IMG/VR virus record: IMGVR_UViG_3300020258_000027 | Location: 1-30,111 of that record | Length of the DNA stretch: 30,111 bases | Strand: one strand, 5' to 3' | Source of the DNA: a virus | Lineage: Duplodnaviria > Caudoviricetes | Shown here: positions 25,099-30,111 of the stretch, piece by piece | Layout: the number at the start of each line of letters is the position of its first letter | Position numbering within the stretch: position 1 is the first letter of the stretch | Program-made: the position numbers and the translations under genes | Notes under the pieces: model-generated | Told to the model about the DNA's origin: nothing | The model's database searches: none | The model's input: the letters and a program-made list of their open reading frames with translations, nothing else

Positions 25099-25365
25099 CT
25101 AAAATGGTAATGAAGGACCTGGCATCTTATCGTTTTTAGGTGTTGATGGAATCACTCCACCTGTTGCAGATGGCATCTTTGGCATTGAAGAATTCATCAT
25201 ACCAGGAAGCGCACCAGTGACTGCTTCTGTGGCAGCTTTAATTACATTTTGTTTTGCATCCTCAATTAAAGCATCTTTATTAGAATAAAGATAAACACCA
25301 CCACCAACAACAGAAGCAGATACAACGAAAGAAGCAAGCGAAAGAAGGTTAATTAGAGTTTGCAT
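25099..25365 (-). CDS. Small N-anchored membrane protein (88 aa)
   Basis: N-terminal hydrophobic helix; Pro/Met-rich tail. Confidence 0.85.
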   Translation of the reverse strand: MQTLINLLSLASFVVSASVVGGGVYLYSNKDALIEDAKQNVIKAATEAVTGALPGMMNSSMPKMPSATGGVIPSTPKNDKMPGPSLPF

Positions 25366-25369
25366 AGTT

Positions 25370-25804
25370 CTAAAGTCTGTAGATATCGTTTGGTTTTGTA
25401 GGTTTAGTAGATAATTGAATTGGTTGTTGTTCTATTTTTATAGTTTGAGATGGAGCAGTTTGTGATGCTGCTTCAATTAATCTCTCAACATCTGCTTTAC
25501 TTATGCCCGATCCACCCTCACCTTTGCCTTTAGCTGCCTGAACACCAAAAGTAGCTAAGACCCCGGTGAAGACAGAGGCGATGAATGTTGGATCCAATTT
25601 TTGTTCGGGAATTCCAAGAGCAGCTGGTAGTTTGATGTATGCCAAAGTAAGAATTCCGCCACTCCAAATAAGGATACCAAGACGGACAAAAGTAGACAGA
25701 ATTGCAAGTTGTTCTTCCTTGTCATCTGTCGCCTCTTTTATTTTTCCAATAATACCTTTACTCTTAGGTTTCTCTTTATGGTCTGATACTTCTTTATCGC
25801 TCAT
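25370..25804 (-). CDS. Two-TM membrane protein (144 aa)
   Basis: FVRLGILIWSGGILTLAYI and FIASVFTGVLATFGV; ATAAATA at 25835-25829. Confidence 0.85.
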   Translation of the reverse strand: MSDKEVSDHKEKPKSKGIIGKIKEATDDKEEQLAILSTFVRLGILIWSGGILTLAYIKLPAALGIPEQKLDPTFIASVFTGVLATFGVQAAKGKGEGGSGISKADVERLIEAASQTAPSQTIKIEQQPIQLSTKPTKPNDIYRL

Positions 25805-25830
25805 TTATATAAAGAGTACGGCATTATTAT

Positions 25831-26256
25831 TTATGCCGACTGTACTTTCTTCTTTCCAATATTATATTTGGACTCAAGTTCCCATTCACCCTTCTCTTTG
25901 TATGCTAATACTTTTATTTGATTGAGTGGTGCAATATCAAGAATAGTATCAGCTTTAACAATGCTAATTAATCCCCAATCAGCAAGAAGTTGAGTAATTC
26001 TATTTCTACGTTGAATATCGTTTTGAGTTAAATTTGCCGTCTTACCATCAAGGGCAAACAATTCTTTAAAATGAACGATGTAATACTTTCCTTGCTTATG
26101 CAAGATATGGCAGGACTGATAGAGTTTCTTTTCTTTACGTGATGCAACTCCAATCCTTGAAAGAGTTTCTCTTACCTTAAGAAAGTCATCTGGTTGAGAA
26201 AGTTTCACCTCAACCATACTTTCACGAGTCCATTTTACCTCAGCAACTTGAGACAT
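25831..26256 (-). CDS. regA: Translational repressor RegA
   Basis: DDFLKVRETLSRIGVAS..LYQSCHILHKQG.YYIVHFKELF..KYNIG. Confidence 0.98.
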   Translation of the reverse strand: MSQVAEVKWTRESMVEVKLSQPDDFLKVRETLSRIGVASRKEKKLYQSCHILHKQGKYYIVHFKELFALDGKTANLTQNDIQRRNRITQLLADWGLISIVKADTILDIAPLNQIKVLAYKEKGEWELESKYNIGKKKVQSA

Positions 26257-26651
26257 TATGTCTTTCCTCCACGATTTAATTTCGATTTAATAAATTCAAT
26301 TTGTTCTTTATTTAGTATCTTTAGAACTTCTTGTGCTTTTGGAGTACTATAATTATAATATTCCTTGATAGACTCAAGATCATCTAATTTTACTTTCTTG
26401 TCCCAGGGGGAGAAACGTTTTCTCTTCCTAACGGTATTTATAAAGAAATCATATTGAAGTTTATTAGGCAACTCCCAATACAAATTCATTAGGTTTGCCA
26501 AAAGAATAGTATCGATATGAGATGAAAGACATTTGTTAATGACCCATGCTGGATAATCTTTTTCCCAACCTGGATCATCACCATCCATCAAATTAATTTT
26601 TGTCTGATTGATTGACTTCAAATAATCCGTCAAGTTGTGAGCATACTTCAT
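26256..26651 (-). CDS. gp62: Clamp loader small subunit
   Basis: YLKSIN..K, LQYDFFIN.VRKRKRFSPW, KEYYNYS; position before regA. Confidence 0.95.
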   Translation of the reverse strand: MKYAHNLTDYLKSINQTKINLMDGDDPGWEKDYPAWVINKCLSSHIDTILLANLMNLYWELPNKLQYDFFINTVRKRKRFSPWDKKVKLDDLESIKEYYNYSTPKAQEVLKILNKEQIEFIKSKLNRGGKT

Positions 26652-27453
26652 AATTAAGTAACAAAAGTTCTTTTCTTTTTTTCTGGTCTTTAGTATAAGT
26701 TCCTGTAGATCTCATGGTATAAGTTAAATCCCAATCTTTTTGATACCAACCAGGAAACCTCTCTTTAACAAAGATATCAGAATTGTAAGTAATCATACAT
26801 TTATGATCAGAATTATTACAGTGTGCTGCAAACAATTCATGATCAAATCCCTTATGCATATTACCTTTCTTACCATACAAGGAGTCTTTAATGTCGTATG
26901 GAGGATCTAGAAATACAAACTCGCCATCACCATAAACTAAATCAGTATAATCAAAATTGGTAATATTCCAATACTGAATAAGTTCAGATAATGCTGGGAG
27001 TTTATCTATACCTCTAAATGTAAAGTTCTGCCTAGATGCCTGCTCACTAAATGAAGATGACTCTGACAGTCCACTAAAAGAACACTTATTAACTATATAA
27101 AAATTAAATCCTACAACGTATTCGTCATCACCAGTGAGTGCTTTTTTTGCATTGATGAATGCTTCCTTATGAGCAACAGGACTCTCGCCAAGTTCAGTTT
27201 TCAATTCCCTAAGGTCTGACGACAACCGTTCTCCATTGACCTGTAGGGTCTTCCAGAAGGCGTAGAGAGGACGATAGAGGTCATTCACCCATATCTCAGC
27301 GTTAGGGTACTTCTGGGTCACGTAGAGCGCCATAGAACCACCTCCTAGAAAAGGTTCCCTATAGTACTCAATGGGAGGGAGGTGCTGACTCAAATATTTG
27401 ATTGCCCTAGATTTGCCTCCAGGATAACGAAGTGGTGTTTTCAAAAGTGCCAT
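26593..27453 (-). CDS. dam: Dam-family (D12 class) DNA adenine methyltransferase
   Basis: PLRYPGGKS, EPFLGGGS, VND, FLDPPY, MITYN, ELLLLNY. Confidence 0.95.
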   Translation of the reverse strand: MALLKTPLRYPGGKSRAIKYLSQHLPPIEYYREPFLGGGSMALYVTQKYPNAEIWVNDLYRPLYAFWKTLQVNGERLSSDLRELKTELGESPVAHKEAFINAKKALTGDDEYVVGFNFYIVNKCSFSGLSESSSFSEQASRQNFTFRGIDKLPALSELIQYWNITNFDYTDLVYGDGEFVFLDPPYDIKDSLYGKKGNMHKGFDHELFAAHCNNSDHKCMITYNSDIFVKERFPGWYQKDWDLTYTMRSTGTYTKDQKKRKELLLLNYEVCSQLDGLFEVNQSDKN

Positions 27454-27977
27454 TACAGGATGCCTTCAACTCCATCAAGTATATCAGATGCCGTGATGCT
27501 TTTGGATGCAGGTTTAATATTTGTAAAAAGAACCGTAAAATCTCCTGGTTGAAACTTTACCTTTGCAGTTGTTGATTTGGGTGTCCAGTACACACGCTTC
27601 TTAGCAGTGTCCCAATCAGTGTAACCAATAGACATGTTCTCAGTATCGACCAAGAACATATAATCAAAAGTTTCAGTTACAACCTTTGTGTCACCTGCAA
27701 AGTTTTTTAGAGTGATTACCTTTGTTGCTCCATTCTTTTGAAACAATCCAAGAGTTCCTTTCATTTCATAACGAAGTTCATCTTCACCAATAAAATCAAC
27801 TCCGTCCATATGATCACCAACATAACGGACCTGCTTGTCACTCCACTTTGCAAACGACTTCTCTTGAAGATAAGTTCGGAAAGTTTTGAAGGTGTTTGAC
27901 TTCATCTCTTTGGTGTTGGTAGCATCTACACAACCAAAGAACTCTTCCAAGTTAATGCGAGAAAAATCAAGATTCAT
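27453..27977 (-). CDS. Hypothetical protein, possible PD-(D/E)xK endonuclease (174 aa)
   Basis: E(QEK)...GVDF-x8-EMK pattern; coupled to gp44 (ATGA) and dam (TAATG). Confidence 0.6.
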   Translation of the reverse strand: MNLDFSRINLEEFFGCVDATNTKEMKSNTFKTFRTYLQEKSFAKWSDKQVRYVGDHMDGVDFIGEDELRYEMKGTLGLFQKNGATKVITLKNFAGDTKVVTETFDYMFLVDTENMSIGYTDWDTAKKRVYWTPKSTTAKVKFQPGDFTVLFTNIKPASKSITASDILDGVEGIL

Positions 27978-28927
27978 TTAAATTTACACTCCGTCATAAG
28001 TTCAGTAAAAGCAGACATAAGATTGATTTCTTGATCTGCAACAAAGGCAGACATATGTTGGTACTTACCAAGAATTATAACTGCTTTTTGTATAGATCCA
28101 TCAGTGTTATCAAAAAACTCATACAAATTGTCGTAAATTGATCTGAAGATATGGACTGGTTCATTGTCTAGATTAGAAGAAGTCCATTTCTGCACAGTTT
28201 TATATTTCTTATACTTCAAAGCATTAGTTAATTCACTAAATTTAATTTCAGTAAGCGTAGAGAGAATACCACTATCAATTACACCTCCGACTGAGTACAG
28301 TTGACACTCATTGAGAATCCTACGCCAATCTGGAAAGAACTTTACAATTAATTGGGGAAGAACTTTCTCATCATATTGTATACCCTCTGCCTTAAGTATA
28401 ACCCGGAGACGGTTGAAAAACTCATTTGCGAGTTTCTTCTTTTCTGTTCCATTGATTTTGAAATCGACGACTGCACACCTAGAGTGGATGGGTTCAATGA
28501 TTTTGTTTTTGTAATTGCAGGCGAAAATAAACCTACAGTTACCATGAAATTTCTCAATGTTCGCCCGTAGAGCGAGTTGTACATCGCTGGTTGTGTTGTC
28601 AGCTTCGTCAACAATAACGACCTTGTGTTCTGATTCACCAAATAGTGTGACGGTCGATGCAAAATTTTTGATTCTGTTTCGTACTGTTTCAAGTGCTCTA
28701 CCTTCGTCTGATCCATTAATTTCAATATAATCAGCATTGAGTTGTTCACACAATGCCCGTGCAACCGTAGTTTTACCAATACCAGCAGTTCCATGTAAAA
28801 GTAAATTTGGAATCTGCCCCTTTTTCACAAATGCATTAAAAGCATCCTTGGTACTTTGAGGGAGGATGCAATCATTAATATTCTTGGGTCTATACTTTTC
28901 AATCCAAACAAAAGAATTATCAGACAT
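27974..28927 (-). CDS. gp44: Clamp loader large subunit
   Basis: WIEKYRP, GTAGIGKTT, INGSDE, DEAD, IHSRC, FPDWRR. Confidence 0.98.
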   Translation of the reverse strand: MSDNSFVWIEKYRPKNINDCILPQSTKDAFNAFVKKGQIPNLLLHGTAGIGKTTVARALCEQLNADYIEINGSDEGRALETVRNRIKNFASTVTLFGESEHKVVIVDEADNTTSDVQLALRANIEKFHGNCRFIFACNYKNKIIEPIHSRCAVVDFKINGTEKKKLANEFFNRLRVILKAEGIQYDEKVLPQLIVKFFPDWRRILNECQLYSVGGVIDSGILSTLTEIKFSELTNALKYKKYKTVQKWTSSNLDNEPVHIFRSIYDNLYEFFDNTDGSIQKAVIILGKYQHMSAFVADQEINLMSAFTELMTECKFK

Positions 28928-28941
28928 AATAAAAAAATTAA

Positions 28942-29619
28942 TTAGTTTCTTTCAGGTTCAAGAGCAATGAAATACTCTAGATCCTTACTGTCTTCAATAA
29001 AATGTGCTGCACCCCGACCTTTATCGTCAAAGATAGCAACATGAACTGTGTAGTTACCAGAAATAACTTTGATGTTTTCCATCTTAAACTTAAAGTCAAT
29101 AGGAGTATCAGAGTGCCCAACAACGTAAGACATCATATTGGAGGTGACGTTATCAATGTCAACTACAACCAGATGAACTTCAGAACCCTCTGACTTCAGA
29201 CACAGATCAGGAAGACCGAATACTGCTGCACCTTTTTTCAAAGACTTAAGCATTTCCATTGTAAGTTGAAAAGAAAATTGACTTTGAAAATTAATTTTCT
29301 TTTGAGGTGGTGTTACCACCAGATCAGGATCAGAATAAAAATATTTAATTTTAGTGTGGTTGTTTTTGATAGTTACATATTGAGAGTTTCCAAACTCAAG
29401 TTCACAATCCGCAAACAAATCTAGTCCATTCAGAAATTCACCTAAGTCATAAAGTGCAAATTTTTCAGGGAAAGTTTCTGCAACCTTTGCTCTAGCAAAA
29501 ACATTGTTAGTAGTAGCAATAGTACCAATCTCTTGCCCTGGTCGAATCAACAGTGAATTGTTGATGTCCGCAAAATTCTTTAGAATTTCTTTTGTCTCTT
29601 CAGATAGTTTCATACTCAC
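28942..29619 (-). CDS. gp45: Sliding clamp
   Basis: MKLSEET.EILKNFADIN.S, FALYDLGEFL, YFIALE; position before gp44. Start at 29619 or 29613. Confidence 0.97.
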   Translation of the reverse strand: MSMKLSEETKEILKNFADINNSLLIRPGQEIGTIATTNNVFARAKVAETFPEKFALYDLGEFLNGLDLFADCELEFGNSQYVTIKNNHTKIKYFYSDPDLVVTPPQKKINFQSQFSFQLTMEMLKSLKKGAAVFGLPDLCLKSEGSEVHLVVVDIDNVTSNMMSYVVGHSDTPIDFKFKMENIKVISGNYTVHVAIFDDKGRGAAHFIEDSKDLEYFIALEPERN

Positions 29620-30065
29620 TGGTTGTAGGTTTCACGTTGGTCTGCATTCTTTTTATAGAAGAATCCTAGAAGAATAGAATAATGCTGAATCTTCAAAATA
29701 TCTCTTTCGGCAGTTCCTTTCTTATCATACCTAGAGGTATATTTAAGAATATTGTCTCGACAGAAGGGTTCTCCATCTTTATGTGATGCCTCAATAAAAT
29801 CCAAAGTTTGGATATTTTCATCGTTGGCGGCATAGTGTTGTTTGTAAGTCCCTCTAATATACTCAAGAAGTTCTTTTACGATCTCTTCTTCATTGTATTT
29901 CCAAGGAACACCAGGAGATTTAGAAATAATATCCGTATCTTCTGATGATCCAATCATAGGTTCCTTCCCACTAGTAAATGTGTTTTCTTTTTCCATTTTT
30001 AAAATTTCATCATAAAGAAACGACCAAGAATTGAGTCCACCCACATTATCAGAATTTGATGTCAT
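29616..30065 (-). CDS. Conserved hypothetical protein, DUF3310/SaV-like (149 aa)
   Basis: HY..IQTLDFI..FCRDNILKY.SRYDKKG...DILKI.HY; AGGAGG SD supports the start at 30065. Confidence 0.75.
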   Translation of the reverse strand: MTSNSDNVGGLNSWSFLYDEILKMEKENTFTSGKEPMIGSSEDTDIISKSPGVPWKYNEEEIVKELLEYIRGTYKQHYAANDENIQTLDFIEASHKDGEPFCRDNILKYTSRYDKKGTAERDILKIQHYSILLGFFYKKNADQRETYNQ

Positions 30066-30111
30066 TGTCAACCTCCTTAAGTTCAAAATCTTCATCATAC
30101 TTGTCGTATGC
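30049..30111 (-). CDS. 3' end of upstream gene, possibly a CobS-like AAA ATPase
   Basis: Frame AYDKYDEDFELKEVDNDIKF*. Identity inferred only from usual cyanomyovirus gene order. Confidence 0.35.
   Translation of the reverse strand, partial: AYDKYDEDFELKEVDNDIKF

Overview
A 30.1-kb, AT-rich segment of a T4-like marine cyanomyovirus, probably infecting Synechococcus. It is transcribed almost entirely on the - strand. From right to left it holds the T4-type replication module (gp45, gp44, an inserted nuclease-like ORF plus a Dam-family methylase, gp62, regA), a block of membrane/secreted-protein genes including a divergent three-gene + strand operon, hsp20, a Pol-beta-type nucleotidyltransferase, gp43, uvsX, gp41, mazG, late-promoter-driven hypothetical genes, gp61, nrdA/nrdB, a GIY-YIG nuclease and a lysozyme-like protein. 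It ends with four tRNAs and structured RNAs, then a photosynthesis cluster (cpeT-like lyase, two hli genes, several micro-ORFs, psbA cut by the window edge). Points the ORF track misses: a 59-aa NblA-like ORF directly upstream of psbA; a triple-pseudoknot RNA (manA-like) abutting tRNA-Gly; an unassigned structured tRNA-operon leader; two late-promoter/short-RNA/terminator units; a dual-coded overlap in the signal-peptide operon; and a possible restriction-modification pair between gp44 and gp62. All family assignments come from motif recognition by eye; no searches were run.
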